Positions 50,301-63,340 of a DNA stretch of 64,000 nucleotides are shown here, piece by piece (position 1 is the stretch's first letter; every line of letters begins with the position of its first letter). The DNA comes from Chiloscyllium plagiosum (taxonomy: Eukaryota). The notes below the pieces were generated by a model. The model ran no database searches. It was not told the origin of the DNA and saw only the letters and a program-made list of their open reading frames with translations. The stretch lies in contig NC_057753.1 of NCBI RefSeq assembly GCF_004010195.1, forward strand, positions 10,540,832 to 10,604,831. The letters are read 5' to 3'. Made by a program: the position numbers and the translations under genes.

Positions 50301-51015
50301 TGAAAGTTTCAACTCCAGACAACAAAACTTGCAGTTCAAAGGTAGAGGGTTTATTTTCGGACAGTCGGCGAGAGATTCTCAGTGACACCAAAAGGAGTCA
50401 TGTAACCTGCTTGTGGTGGCACTTCTCAGTGAATCTCTGCACTTTACATGCAAGCAGTTTTTTTATATCTTATTTGGGCGTGGCTAATACACATGTCTAC
50501 AAGTTACACGGCTAATTGCTATTATGTTGATTAAGACAGGAAATTCACAACTTTACAATGCCTGGATATTGCTGACTTCCTGTGACAAATAGTAAATGGC
50601 TTCCAGGAGGTGGTTATCATGTTTTTCACAATCATATGTTAGTGGGTAAGGGATTTAGATAGTAGGATTTTTGTTTTGTTCTCATCGTTAATCTTCACAT
50701 ACCCTTGTGAATAGGTAAGGAAGGACGACAATGGGAATAAGAGGCAATTGGTACGATTTATGGCCAAGGCTACCAGTCTTGCCCAGGAAAAACAAACACC
50801 TTTGCCTGGGGCTGAAAGTAAAGTATGGCTCCAGACTCTTCTGGCAGTTAGGAGTTCGCCCGACCCTCGACTGTGATTTCCAGTCTCATTCTGTCAGAGG
50901 ACAGGTATGCAATCAAACCTGAAGTGAATCACTTTAATAGGGGATTTTTAACCCTTGAGTTCCCAATATACCATGATAAGCAAGTAAAAATAGAACTTTT
51001 GTTCTGTGGTTCCCA
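50301..51015 (-). mobile_element. Solo LTR (~715 bp)
   Basis: TG...CA termini; TATAAAA (~50460) and AATAAA (~50350) on the minus strand; absent at the equivalent sites of copies A and B. Confidence 0.75.
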
Positions 51016-51833
51016 AGTTTTATAGTAATAGAAGCAGGAGGTGGCCATTTGGCCTGTCCCGCCTGCTCCCTCATTCATTAAGATCATAGCTGATCTATTC
51101 ATCGTCTCAGCTCCTCCTTACCTGCATTATCCCAACTACCCTTAATTCCCCTGCCATGCAAAAACCCATCCAACTGTGTCTTGAATATACTTCATGAAAC
51201 CGCCTCTACGGTTTAGCTTGGGCATAAATTCACTACTCTCCAGGAACAGCAGTTCTTCCTCATCTCTGTCCTAAACGTACTCCCCCTAATCTTGAGGCCT
51301 AGTCACACCCACCAGCTGAAATGACTGGATAGGGTAGGGCTGCATCCCCACAGTGCAATGAATTCCCACTTCCCACCAAAATACCAGATGTACTCACTCA
51401 CTCAGTTGCTGTCCCACAAATGAAAATTTTCATTGTAACGTCTTCTGCTCCCAGTTAGGGTACAACATCTTTAAAAGCTGCTCTGAAAGTCTATTCTTCA
51501 CAACCACACATCTGCTTTCACTGAAGACATTTAGAGTCATATAGCACAGAAACAGACCCTTCAGTCCAATTTGTCCACGCCAACCAGATATCCTAAGTTA
51601 ATCTAGTCCCATTTGCTAGCATTTGGTCCATATCCTTCTAAACCCTCCCTGTTCATGTACCCATCCAGATGCCCTTCAAGTATTGTCATTATAACAGCCT
51701 CCACCACTTCTGGCAGCTCATTCCATACACGCACTATCTTCTGTGTGAAAAAGTTGCCCCTCAGATCCCTTATCCCACTCACCTTAAATCTATGCCCCTC
51801 TAGTTCTGGACTCCCCTCGCCTTGGAAAAAGAC

Positions 51834-53296
51834 TGTTAAAGTTGAGATTTGAAAAGGCCCAGACCTTTTACGGACTCAGACCTGTAAGCCTCTCTCGTGG
51901 TTTGTCCCAGAGATTGTACTCTTGGGGAGTCTGGAATAAAAACCTCTTACAGGCGGATTAGTTTAATTTTAGTCATCCTCACATAACACTGATACCTACA
52001 AGCTAAACTAGGTTCTAATAACCTAGGAAAGTAGGGTACCAGCTCTTCAAGTGCCCCAGCAGGTTACTCTGATGTACTGATACAAGGTGGCTTCCTTTAT
52101 ACAAAAGCTTACCAAAACATTGCATGTTCTTAATTAGACAAGTAACAGTGAAAGACAATAATTCGTAAGGAAGAAAAGTTAATTGACAGGTCTGTGTACG
52201 CTTGACTAATCACTCCTACATCAAAAACATACCCAGCCTGCTAGCGAGATAAACTCCTCTCATAAAGAGATACCAGTCTGAGCTAATTGGAGGGGTCATA
52301 AGGTAATCTTGCACAGCTCACATGTCTGATACAATTATTTTACAAAATGGCTTCTCAGCAAGGAGAACAAACTTTTGACCATAAAATGGCTTCCTGACAC
52401 ATTGTGCCAGGATCTCTTCAATATTCGGCCTCGAATAATTTCTAAGCTAGGAGCAGACTCCTGCTTTTTAAGCACTGAATCATTCTGTACCTGAGGCTGA
52501 GATGTTACCATAAGCTTGCATTTAAACTGACTCATTAGTCTTCAAATTAACATGCTTCCTTTGCAGGGTTGTGATTCAAATCCAAATAAGACATCAGATC
52601 TGAGTAGTTAGAGTTGACAGTGGGGCAGTTTGTAAGGTCTGTAAAGTGATCTGCAAGTACAGCAAGTAAGTTAAAGCTTCATCAATATTCCCTTTTACAG
52701 TGTTTGTATTTAATAACCGATAATGGCTACTCAATATCATCATAAAGACCCAAAATGCAATTAAATTCAATCCAGAGCAGATATGCGCTAATAGTTAATT
52801 TTCTACTGGCTCCAACAGCCTCAGCACTAAAATGATCGGTCTCTCTCTCTCTCTTTCTAGTGTCCTTTTGAATTCTCAAGTCAGCAAAGTTTTTTTTCTC
52901 TCTGTAACTGCCCCGCTTGCAAGGGGTAATAAGAATCCACTTTAATTGATGGGTTTTGACCGTTAATTACAAGGCTTTTGATAGTACCGAGTTTTGTTTC
53001 AGGGTCAGAATCAAACGCTATCATTAATTTCACAAGGGAACGGCTGTGAATATTATTACCTGGTGTCCTGTTCACACAGATACACTGATGCTAAGGCAAA
53101 TATTCTTAATTGCCTTACAGCATCCTGCTATCACATGGTGAGCCCAGATATCCCCATCTTATGCATTCCTTGAGTTCCCCCTTTTTCTGAGCCTTCTTGC
53201 CTGTTTATTTTCACATGCAGTAAATGTGTTCTATAATTCAGCATTACATTTAGTCTAAATGTTTAACTACATGTTATAAGGCTACAGACTTTCTCA
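51834..53296 (-). mobile_element. Solo LTR of the ERV2 family (~1.46 kb)
   Basis: Colinear with 30107-31604; TSD AGAC/AGAG; host CR1 resumes after 53300. Confidence 0.92.
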
Positions 53297-53504
53297 AGAG
53301 CTTGGGTATTCATCCTATCAGTGCTCCTAATAAATGTCTATAAGGTCACTCCGATGCTCCAGGGAAAATATCCTTGGTCTATTCAGCTTCTCCCACTAGC
53401 TCAAACCCTCCAACTCTGACAACAGCCTTATAAAATTTTTCTCAACCCTTTCAAAGTTTCACAAAATCCTCCCATTGGACAGAGAGCAGAATTACATACA
53501 ATAT

Positions 53505-53790
53505 TCCAGACCCGGGTACAATTCCCACCTCAGGCAACTGTCTGTGCGGAGTTTGCACATTCTCCGAGTGTCTGCGTGGGTTTCGTCCAGGTGCTCCGTT
53601 TTCCTCCCACAGTCCAAAAATGTGCAGGTCAGGTGGATTGGTCATGCTAAATTGTCCGTACTGTTAGGTGAAGGGGTAGATGTAGGGGAATGGTCTGGGT
53701 GGGTTGCTGTTCGGAGGGTCAGTGTAGACTTGTTGGGCCGAAGGGCCTGTTTCCACACTAAGTAATCTAATCGAATCAAATTTAATCTAA
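53505..53790 (+). mobile_element. HE1-type SINE, 5'-truncated
   Basis: Family match with tail. Confidence 0.85.
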
Positions 53791-54374
53791 AAAGTGGCCA
53801 AACCAATGACCTGTACAGCCGCTTGAGTCAATGCTTTGACCAATAAAAGGAAAGCATACCAAACACCTTCTTCACTATCCTATCTACCTGCAACTCCATT
53901 TTCAAGGAACTATGAACCTGCACTCCAAGGTCTCTTTGTTCTACAACACGCCCCTTAACTGTGTCAGTCCTGCCTGATTGTTTGACCAAAATGCAACACC
54001 TCACGTTTCTCTAAATTAAGCTTCATCTGCCATACCTCAGCCCACTGGCCATCCCATAAATTCTAATTTATAGCAAACTCTCTTTCCTCTCTTATTCCCA
54101 AGAAGCTGAAAATCTACAACCTTCGCTAGCCATCCCTAGGAGAAAAAATTGCTAATATAAACTTACTGAACATCTGGAGCTGCTAAAATTTTGGCTTAAC
54201 AGCTTTAAGACCAGAATGAAAGCAAATAAAGAAAGGGGCCGAAAGGAGTACAGAGGGTAGGGCACTCCCCAACTGCATTGGGGGGTGCCTGGAGCCATTG
54301 CTCAAACTCCCAGGATTTAATGGGGCAGCAGCAGTTACTCTCGGAGTTTGGCAAACTCCAAGAAAAGATTGAAG

Positions 54375-54670
54375 CAGCATGAGAAAATAGACAGGCAAGG
54401 CGGCTCAGAAAAAAGGGGGGAACTCGAGGAATGCAGAAGATAGGGACATTTGGGTTCACCATGTGATGACAGGATGCTGTAAGGCAATTAAGAATATTTG
54501 CCTTAGCATCGGTGAATCTGGTGAACAGGACACCAAGTGATAATATTCACAGCCGTTCCCTTGTGAAATTAATGACAGCGTTTGATTCTGACCCTGAAAC
54601 AAAACGCAGTACTGGCAAAACCTTGTAATTAACGGTCAGATCCCATGAATTATCATGGATTCTTATTACC
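54375..54670 (+). mobile_element. ERV2-family LTR fragment embedded in L1 ORF1
   Basis: Reverse complement of ~52925-53220. Confidence 0.85.
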
Positions 54671-55349
54671 GAGAAAACATTGAAAAGCATGAGCAGGAAA
54701 TTCAAATGTTGGCCCGAAGAGAATAGGCAGCGGAGGAGAGGACCGCGGCATCAGAGACCGTGGCGGAGGTCTCAGCAGGAAGGATCCGAACACTGGAAGA
54801 CCAGGTTCGGGTCTTTCAGGAGCAAGCGGATGACCTAGAAAACAAAAGTAGAAGAAAAAACTTACAGCTCGTGGGTCTTACAGAACATGAGGAAGGCCAA
54901 GACCTCAGTGGATTCCTGGAAAAGTGGCTCCCACCAAAGTCCCCGAGGCTGGAGTTGGAGTCGGGCCTGTTGAGTGTGGAATGGGCCCACTAGATCGCAG
55001 TGTGCAGGTCCGGGCCGGACCCATGCCCCCGCACGGTCCTAGTTTGACTCCTGCATGATAAAGCCAAACAGTTAGTGATTGAAACAGCAAGAAGACTGGG
55101 AAGAGATCCAGAGGCTTTAATGCACAAAGGGTGCATTAAAGCCTCTGTCCTTTTATTTCTGGATTGGGGGTGACTATACCGGTGGTTAAGATATATGGGG
55201 AAGAGGTGTGGAATGGGTGGTGGGAGGAGAGATGGGCATCCATTGTTAATTCACAGAATGTAAATAACATGTATTTTTCATCTGTGAATTGCCTGGGGCT
55301 AGGGCACTGCCACAGCCCTAAATAATTGGGGGTTATTTGAGTGTTTGCT

Positions 55350-56190
55350 TAAGTTATATAGAACATAGAACAGTACAGCACAAGTCTCTGGCTATCAACT
55401 CTATCTATGCCCCTCATTATCTTGTACACCTCAATTAGGTCCCCTCTCTTCCTTCTTTTTTCCAATTGAAAAAGTCCGAGCTCAGTCAACCTCTCTTCGT
55501 AAGATAAGCCCTCCATTCCAGGCAGCATCCTGGTAAACCTCCTCTGAACCCTCTCCAAAGCATCCACATCTTTCCTATAATAGGGCGACCAGAACTGGAC
55601 ACAGTATTACAAGTGTGGTCTAACCAAAGTTTTATAGAGCTGCAACAAGATGTCACAGCTCTTAAAGTCAATCCCCCTGTTAATGAAAGCCAAAACACCA
55701 TATGCTTTCTTAACAACCCTGCCACTTGGGTGGTAATCTTAAGGGATCTATGTACCTGCACACCAAGATCCCGCTGTTCCTCCACACTGCCAAGAATCCA
55801 GTCTTTAATCCTGTACTGAAAAATGTGTTGCTGGAAAAACACAGCAGGTCAGACAGCATCCAAGGAACAGGAGAATTGACGTTTCGGGCATAAGTCCTTC
55901 TTCAGGAATTTAATGCTGTACTCAACTTTCAAGTTCGACCTTCCAAAATGCAAAACTTCACATTTATCCAGGTTGAACTCCATCTGCCACCTCTCAGCCC
56001 ATCTCTGCACCCTGTCAATGTCACGCTGCAGCCTACAACAGACCTCTATACTGTCAACAACACCTCCAACCTTTGTGTCGTCTGCAAACTTGCTAACCCA
56101 TCCTTCAATCTCCTCATCCAAGTCATTAATAAAAATTACAAAGAGTAGAGGCCCAACAACAGAGCCCTGTGGAACACCACTGACTTCCAG
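55350..56190 (-). mobile_element. CR1 fragment nested in L1, containing a Penelope terminal piece (55817-55910)
   Basis: SKFADDTK, EQRDLGVQVH and LERVQRRFTRMLPG motifs; ATAGAAC tail. Confidence 0.88.
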
Positions 56191-56853
56191 GCAGAATACT
56201 TTCTATATATTTTATATGTGGTGGTTAGATTTTTATTTATAGTAGTTTTTATAGGAGTAGTTTTTAGACTTTATAGAGTTAATGTCTGTGTCACTCGCCA
56301 CACCTCAGATAAGCTTCCTCCTCTTGGGAAACCACAAGATAGTGCACCTGGAATGTAAAAGGGAGCCATTCTCCCATTAAAACAAAAGAAGCTGCTTTCA
56401 AGCCTCGGGAAGGAAAGGGTGGACATTGCCCTGCTGCAAGAGACACATTTAACTGCAGCAGGGGGGTTATGATAGGGTATTCTTATCCTCCTTTAGCTCC
56501 AAGAGTAAAGGAGTGGCTATACGGGTCAGAAGGAACCTCCCTTTCCAGGTAATTGAGCAAATTAAGGACGAACATGGACGGTTCATCATTCTTAAAGCTC
56601 TAATACTTGTATGGTGTCCTGAATGTGTATTGTCCCCCCCGTGCACCCTCTTAAATTGCTAATTGATTCAGTTGCCAAATTAACGAGTGCGCCGTATGGT
56701 CATTGAAGGGGATTTTAATCGCCTAATAGATCCCGAGGTAGACAGGGTGCCAAGGGGCCCGGCATGTACGCCTGCACAATCTAAGCAGTTGGTGGACATG
56801 TGTGAGGAGTCGGGATTAGTGGATGTATGGAGGCACCTCCACTGTGATGGAAG

Positions 56854-58028
56854 GGGAGTGGGACCATTCGGCGCAGCCATTTTGGCACGAGCGATTTGGT
56901 GTGGCCTGTTTGGCACAGCCCGTTTTGCCGCAGAACTATTTTGGCGCAGCTCTTATTTATTCCTTTTCAGGCTTAGTTAAAAGCATTAATGAAAGCAAGA
57001 TGGGAATTTATAATACACTGTTAGGGACAATTCAGAGAGACTATCAAAGTTGAAAATATTATAAACTTAAATTCAAATACACAGCTTGTGAAAATAGAGG
57101 TGAGGAAATTTTAAGTGTTCCATCAACATATAACTTTTTTGATTGTTTCAGAAACTCGGCATTCCTTTTTCTTCCAAATATAAGAATTCTGCAGGTGGTG
57201 CTACCTGTCGGCTAGTAAAAATTGTTGTTCATTATATACATTAACAGAATATGTTTTAAAGCTATCTGGAATTACAAGTTCTTCTAAATTTCTTGGATTT
57301 ACTGGGTAAGCAGCAATTTCTTTCCTTGTGCTACGAACCATTTTCTTCAGCGCTCTGTTGTTAGGCATCGTTCCTTGGCAAACTTCCGACAAATTTTCTA
57401 GGCACTCGTTAATCACTTGTAAAGTTCCCTCTACACAGTTTCAACAGGTCTGGAGAGGAAAAAACGGAGGGCTTGGAGGCCCTGGTCATGGCGGATGGAG
57501 GTGTAGAGGAATTGCATCTGCAGTCATTGTTTTTACACCATTTATAATGTCCTTCCTCTCACATCTCCAAAACTTTGTTATCTTATCAGCAGCATATCTA
57601 TCAAATACGTATATGTAGCCGTCATATGAGCACTTTTCCTTTCCACATTTTGACAAAATTGTTGATGGCATTTTAATGGGTTATATTTTCTTTTTTTTTT
57701 TAGAAATTTTGAGGAACCACTGTTAGGAGTGGACTAATCTCAGACTAAATGCAGTTGATACACAAATTACAGGAAAGACGTATGGCAATCTCTTAATAGC
57801 CTGAAACTACAGTAAACTTTTCTTTTAAGAATATTACTGATTTTGTTTTAATAATAACTACAAACTACTGGAAACTACACATTTAATAATTCTACTATTA
57901 TGTTGATTTTCGTTAATGACTACAGTATATCTGTGCCAAAATAGCTCTGCGCCGAAATGGGCCTGTGGCAAAATAGGCTGTGCCAAACAGGCCGCGCCAA
58001 ATCGCTCACGCCAAAAGGTCCTAAATCT
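56854..58028 (-). mobile_element. Non-autonomous Mutator-like (FLYWCH/Phantom-type) DNA transposon
   Basis: Inverted termini built of ~15-bp subrepeats; 9-bp TSD TGATGGAAG (56845-56853) / TAATGGAAG (58029-58037); internal ORF pieces SKCGKEKCSYDGYIYVFDR...KFWRCERK and PNNRALKKMVR...LEELVIP...QFLLAD. Confidence 0.8.
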
Positions 58029-58219
58029 TAATGGAAGAGACTTTACTTACTATTCCAACCCACATAAGTGTTACACACGAACTAACATGTTTTAATGCCA
58101 TTAGACTGTTTGGACAGAACATTGGCTTGTAAAATTAGGAATATAGCTGTCTTGGACCATACGCTAGTGTATTTAGATGGTAAATGGTGGTGGAATGGAT
58201 GCATGGCACTGGCTCATGG

Positions 58220-59095
58220 ACCCATTCCTGGTAAGGGGTAGCAAATCCGTTGAGGACAACACAGGAGAGTTCAAGGCCTCCTTCTTCAAAGACCACAACT
58301 TCCCCTCACACGTAGTTGACGATGCTCTCCACTGCATCTCCTCCACTTCCTGCTCCTCCGCCCTTGAACCCCGCCCCTCCAATCACACCAGGACAGAACC
58401 CCACTGGTCCTCACCTTCCACCCCACCAACCTCCAGATACATCGTATCATCCTTCGTCATTTCCGCCACCTCTAAACAGACCCCACCACCAAAGATATAT
58501 TTCCCTCNNNNNNNNNNNNNNNNNNNNNNNNNNNNNNNNNNNNNNNNNNNNNNNNNNNNNNNNNNNNNNNNNNNNNNNNNNNNNNNNNNNNNNNNNNNNN
58601 NNNNNNNNNNNNNNNNNNNNNNNNNNNNNNNNNNNNNNNNNNNNNNNNNNNNNNNNNNNNNNNNNNNNNNNNNNNNNNNNNNNNNNNNNNNNNNNNNNNN
58701 NNNNNNNNNNNNNNNNNNNNNNNNNNNNNNNNNNNNNNNNNNNNNNNNNNNNNNNNNNNNNNNNNNNNNNNNNNNNNNNNNNNNNNNNNNNNNNNNNNNN
58801 NNNNNNNNNNNNNNNNNNNNNNNNNNNNNNNNNNNNNNNNNNNNNNNNNNNNNNNNNNNNNNNNNNNNNNNNNNNNNNNNNNNNNNNCTCGGCCTATCAT
58901 CCTCACCTTAACCTCCTTCCACCTATCGCATTCCCAACGCCCCTCCCCCAAGTCCCTCCTCCCTACCTTTTATCTTAGCCTGCTTGGCACACCTTCCTCA
59001 TTCCTGAAGAAGGGCTTATGCCCGAAACGTCAATTCTCCTGCTCCTTGGATGCTGCCTGACCTGCTGCGCTTTTCCAGCAACACATTTTTCAGCT
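58220..59095 (+). mobile_element. Penelope-like element nested in L1, spanning assembly gap 58508-58887
   Basis: ASFFKDHNFPSHVVDDAL..ISS...SALEP ORF piece; terminus with hammerhead core at ~59000-59034. Confidence 0.85.
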
Positions 59096-59967
59096 TCTGG
59101 GATATCAACCCGGGTACGGCCAGTAATCCGGCAATACCGTGGGAGGCCACTAAGGCATATTTATGAGGCCTGATTATTTCATATTCAACGACTAGAAGGA
59201 GGCAGAGGGAGGAGCAATGACAGATGCCGGAGACTCGGCTGCAGATAGCTGAGGAAACAAATTATAATAGGCCTTCACTGGTCAATCTGCAGCTCTCCGG
59301 GCTGCTCCCGACTCATTGCACATGTGAGTGTCAAAAAAAAGGGTCTCCTTTGCTGAACAAAGATTGTTTGAATTTGGAGATAAGCCAGGTAGATAGCTGG
59401 CTGGAAAGAAAAATGCTTCCCAATCTATTATGTCTGGTACAGAGAGAAGGCTGGTACAGTTACCCTTGAGTTGAAGATGATCAATGTTAGATTTAGAGAA
59501 TACTTTGCAGAGTTATATCCGTCGGAGGGAAACGAACATGGTGCAGAGGGAATGCGGTCCTTTTTTGAGAACCTGCACCTCCCCAGTATAAACATGGAAC
59601 AGGTTTCCCTGTTGAATGGGCCTATGACGATACAGGAGGTGCAAGAAGCAAGAAAGCACCGGGGTCAGATGGATTCCCAAGTGAATTCTATAAGAAATTC
59701 ATAAATGTGTTGGTGAAGCCACCTCTGGGGATGTATAGCTATTCATATACACAGAATTGTCTTCCACCCTCTCTTCGGGAGGCTAATATCTCCCTAATTT
59801 TAAAGAAGGGGAAATAGCTCGAAGAATGTGCTTCATACAGATCAATTTCACTGTTGAATGTAAATTTTAACATTCTATCCAATATGCTGGCCCTGAGGTT
59901 GGAAAAGCTGTTGTCCTACATTCTGGAAGATCAGAAGGGATGTGTCAAGGGTCGTAGCTCCTCCAAC

Positions 59968-60270
59968 AATGGCATTCCAACTGGAACTCTGTCAACAAAC
60001 ATATCGAGTTAGACCCCATCTACCACCCCCTGAGAAAAAGAACAGAAAATAGTGTCACCACAGGAAATGACACCATCAACCCAAAGAAACCCAAACATAT
60101 AAATAGAAAGCAGGAATTATCAGCAGCGCTTTGCCCAGAGGCTCACTGAAAATGTTACCTAGTAGGGTGATGAAACGTCTGGAAGTGAACTTTTCAGCTC
60201 AGCGAGCAAACATTCACCCAGAACTCAATCTGAGCTACAAATCTTCTCAAAACCCACTCCTCCAACAATA
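59968..60270 (+). mobile_element. Third-family Penelope-like 3' fragment nested in L1 RT
   Basis: AWHSNWNSVNKHIELDPIY-like C-terminus, then decayed hammerhead CTGAAAA-T-GTTACC...GGTGAT-GAAACGTC; L1 RT resumes afterwards. Confidence 0.6.
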
Positions 60271-63107
60271 TCAGGTGGGTATTGAACATAGTGCAGGTAT
60301 GCCAGCAAAGATTGATCCCGGGTTTGGTGATCGCCCTAGACGCAGAAAAGGTGTTTGACCGGATAGAATGGCTGTACCTATTTGGGGGTCCTAGAGCGGT
60401 TTGGTCTGGGAGGATCCTTTGCTAGATGGGGGATGGTGTTGTATAATGATCCTAAGGCAGCAGTCATCACAAACGGCACTATGTCAGATAACTTTAATAT
60501 TGGGAGAGGTAATCGACAGGAGCATCCTCTTTCACTGCTGCTATTTACCTTGGCAATTGAGCCATTAGCTGAGGTTATCAGGAGGGATCCTGAAATAGTG
60601 GGGCCAGGGCTGGGAATAGGGGAGCATAAGATCACCCTATATACTGATGACGTCCTTTTAACTTGGGCCAATCTGGAGGAGTCAGTTCCTCAATTGATTC
60701 AAACAATTAATGTATTTGGCACTTTTTCGGCCTACAGGATCAACTTTACAAAATCAGAAGCCGGTTGGGGGATTAGTGGAGGTGCCTGATCTGAATGATG
60801 GAATGCAGTTCCTGTATAGACGGTCGTCAAAAAGTTTTTTGTATTTGGGAATTTTTATTACCCCTGTCTTCCACCAGCTATGTAAAGCTACCTATGTACA
60901 ACTCCTGGAGAGGATAAAACAGGATTTGCAGCGGTGGGAGGGATTACCGTTATCACGGGTAGGCCGAACAGCCCTGATTAAAATGAATGTTCTTCCTCGC
61001 CGGTTATACCCCATGAGAATGCTCCCATTGTTGCTCCCAAATGAGTATTACTGAGGCTCAATGGTTGGCTGGATTCTTTTATTTGGTGTCACAGACACCC
61101 CCTAATTAAGTTTACCAAATTGCAGCTCTCGCAGGGTGAGGGAAGGTGGACCTTCCGGACTTGAAGAGTTATCAAATAAGTGCTTTGTTAGCATATCTGG
61201 GTTACTGGGCACGGGGGCATTCAGGGTTGATTTGGCTTGACTTTGAAGCCTTGCAGTTGAGATGCCCCCCAGTCAATCTATTATTCATGGATAAGATAAA
61301 ATCCGTGACTGAGCAGTGTAAGAGTCCAATCATTTTAAATACGGTGAAAGCCTGGAGGATAATAAGGCAAGACAAGAGCAATTGGCTGAAGACTTCACCA
61401 TTTACCCCTGTTGGTGGGAGCCCAAGGATTTAAACCTGGGACAATGAACTCTGGCTTTAAGACATGGGAGAATAAGGGAATCGCCTCTCTGGGAGATTTA
61501 TTTGAGCGGGAGGTCTTGATGTCATTTAGCCAGCTAGGTCAGAAATACGGATTGTCTAATGGGGACCTTTTCTGGTACTTTCAGATAAGGGATTATACAC
61601 AGAGGAAAACCACGCTCCTGGCTCAGCTTTACAGGTCAGACATGGAGAAAAGAGTGCTCTGGTATACGGGTGCTCTTTCATTTCGTACTTTGTATAATTT
61701 ACAGAAGGGATGTGCCTTAGGTGATGTGGAGGGACTCTGTAGGACGTGGAATTGGAAGCTAGGAGAGGATATTTCACTGGAAGTATGGGAAGATACTTGG
61801 GAAAATGTAAGGAAAATTTCAATATGTAACAAAGCACAGGCCATGCAATTGAAGATTTTACACAGGGCTCATATGGGTGCGACAGAAAGGCTAGCTAAGT
61901 TCAAGAGAAGAGCATCACCAGGGTGTCCCAAGTGTAAAATTAGTATAGGCACTCTCACACACTGCTGTTGGTCATGTTGTAAGATCCAGAGATACTGGAG
62001 TCCTATAGTAAGGACATTCTGGGGATTGAAGTTAAAGCGGATCCGGTATTTCTTCTGGGGTTGCCAAATTTGCCCTCTCTGGGGAAACACGGGAAGAGAC
62101 TGTATAACATTCTTACCCACTGTGCAAGGAAGAACATTTTAACATTGGAAAAAACCCCAGGTCTTATGGGGTAGCGTCAGCTTGTGATGGAGCAACTCCC
62201 CCAAGATTACCTCACAAATACGGTGCTCCACAAAACGGAGCAGTTTTACAAGACGTGGCAGCCCTTTCTAAATTATACTGTTGCAGACTTATCAGCAATA
62301 TTAATTAGGACCTTGGTATAGCCGTGGGAATATGTCTGGGTGCCCATGGGGCCCTGGGAGGGGGAGGCTGGGGGAAAAGAATATGGCTACAATTGTAGTT
62401 TAGTTTAAGCTAAGTAGATACGTTCTAAGTAGATACGTAGGCAGTTCATTATTAATAATATCGTGATATGACATGGTTGTACTGCATCTATTTTTCTGTT
62501 TTTTTGTATATAGATGTTTTATAAAAGATTTGAAAGTTTCTAATAAAAATATTTCTTAAAAAAAGACATTTTCTTGCCTTCCCCCATAACTGTTTTTAAC
62601 ATTGAAAAGTCGGATGAACTCAGCTTTGAATATATTCAATGACCCCCTAACTGTAGGTAAACATTCCCACTTCTGAACCCAATTCCTCTTGCTATTATAC
62701 CACTTGCCTTGCTCATTGATTGTTGCACCTATGTGACAACTGGCATTGACTGGAGTAGAAAGCCCGAGTAGAAGGTAGCTAAGACATCTTTGTACATCCA
62801 CACATCATTCCTGATGAAGGGCTTGTGCCCAAAATATTGACTTTCCTGCACCTCGGATGCTGCCTGACCTGCTGTGCTTTGCCAGCGTCACTCATCCCAA
62901 TATATCACCAATTAAACAATGCATCTCCTTTCTGGTTTTATTTCACAGAGAAAGGCTATAACTTCACACTGTTACTGCATTTGCCATGTGCTTGCCAATT
63001 AAGACTCAGACCTGAACCAACTTTGCTGCAAGTCAAGAACTGAACTCCGGAATGAAAGAATAACTAGGAAAAGGGGCTGAGAGAAAAAAAAAACGTGTTG
63101 TACTCAC

Positions 63108-63340
63108 AGACGTTGGAGAGAAGAAGGTGCAGTCTGGAGTGAAGCTCAACCTTCATTGAGAGAGAGAGTGAGTAGTAGGAGGACCACACTCCTTCCGGTC
63201 CTCCACCGCTTCCCATTGGCCAATCAAAAGAATCTCGTGCGCCGCTTTCCGCGAGGAGCATGCGCAGTAGTTTGCTGACACCCGGCGTACATGCGCAGTG
63301 CTCGCTGACACCGAGAAGCATGCGCATTATGCCCAGTGGA
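63108..63340 (-). promoter_or_regulatory. Distal promoter and candidate first exon (P2) of cassette C
   Basis: Three CATGCGCA NRF1-like sites (~63259, 63290, 63319), ATTGG/CCAAT pair at ~63215, ETS-like CTTCCGG at 63192, minus-strand donor CT|GTGAGT at 63108/63107. Confidence 0.65.

Larger units (their letters stand above)
54140..62563 (+). mobile_element. Near full-length decayed L1-clade LINE with nested insertions
   Basis: ORF1 LENKSRRKNLQLVGL..EEG; APE TWNVKG, ALLQETHL and GDFN; RT LDAEK.FDRIEW, PLSLLLFTLAIEPLA and LYTDDVL; CCHC CPKC...HCCWSC; AATAAA and A-rich tail at 62542-62563. Confidence 0.9.
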
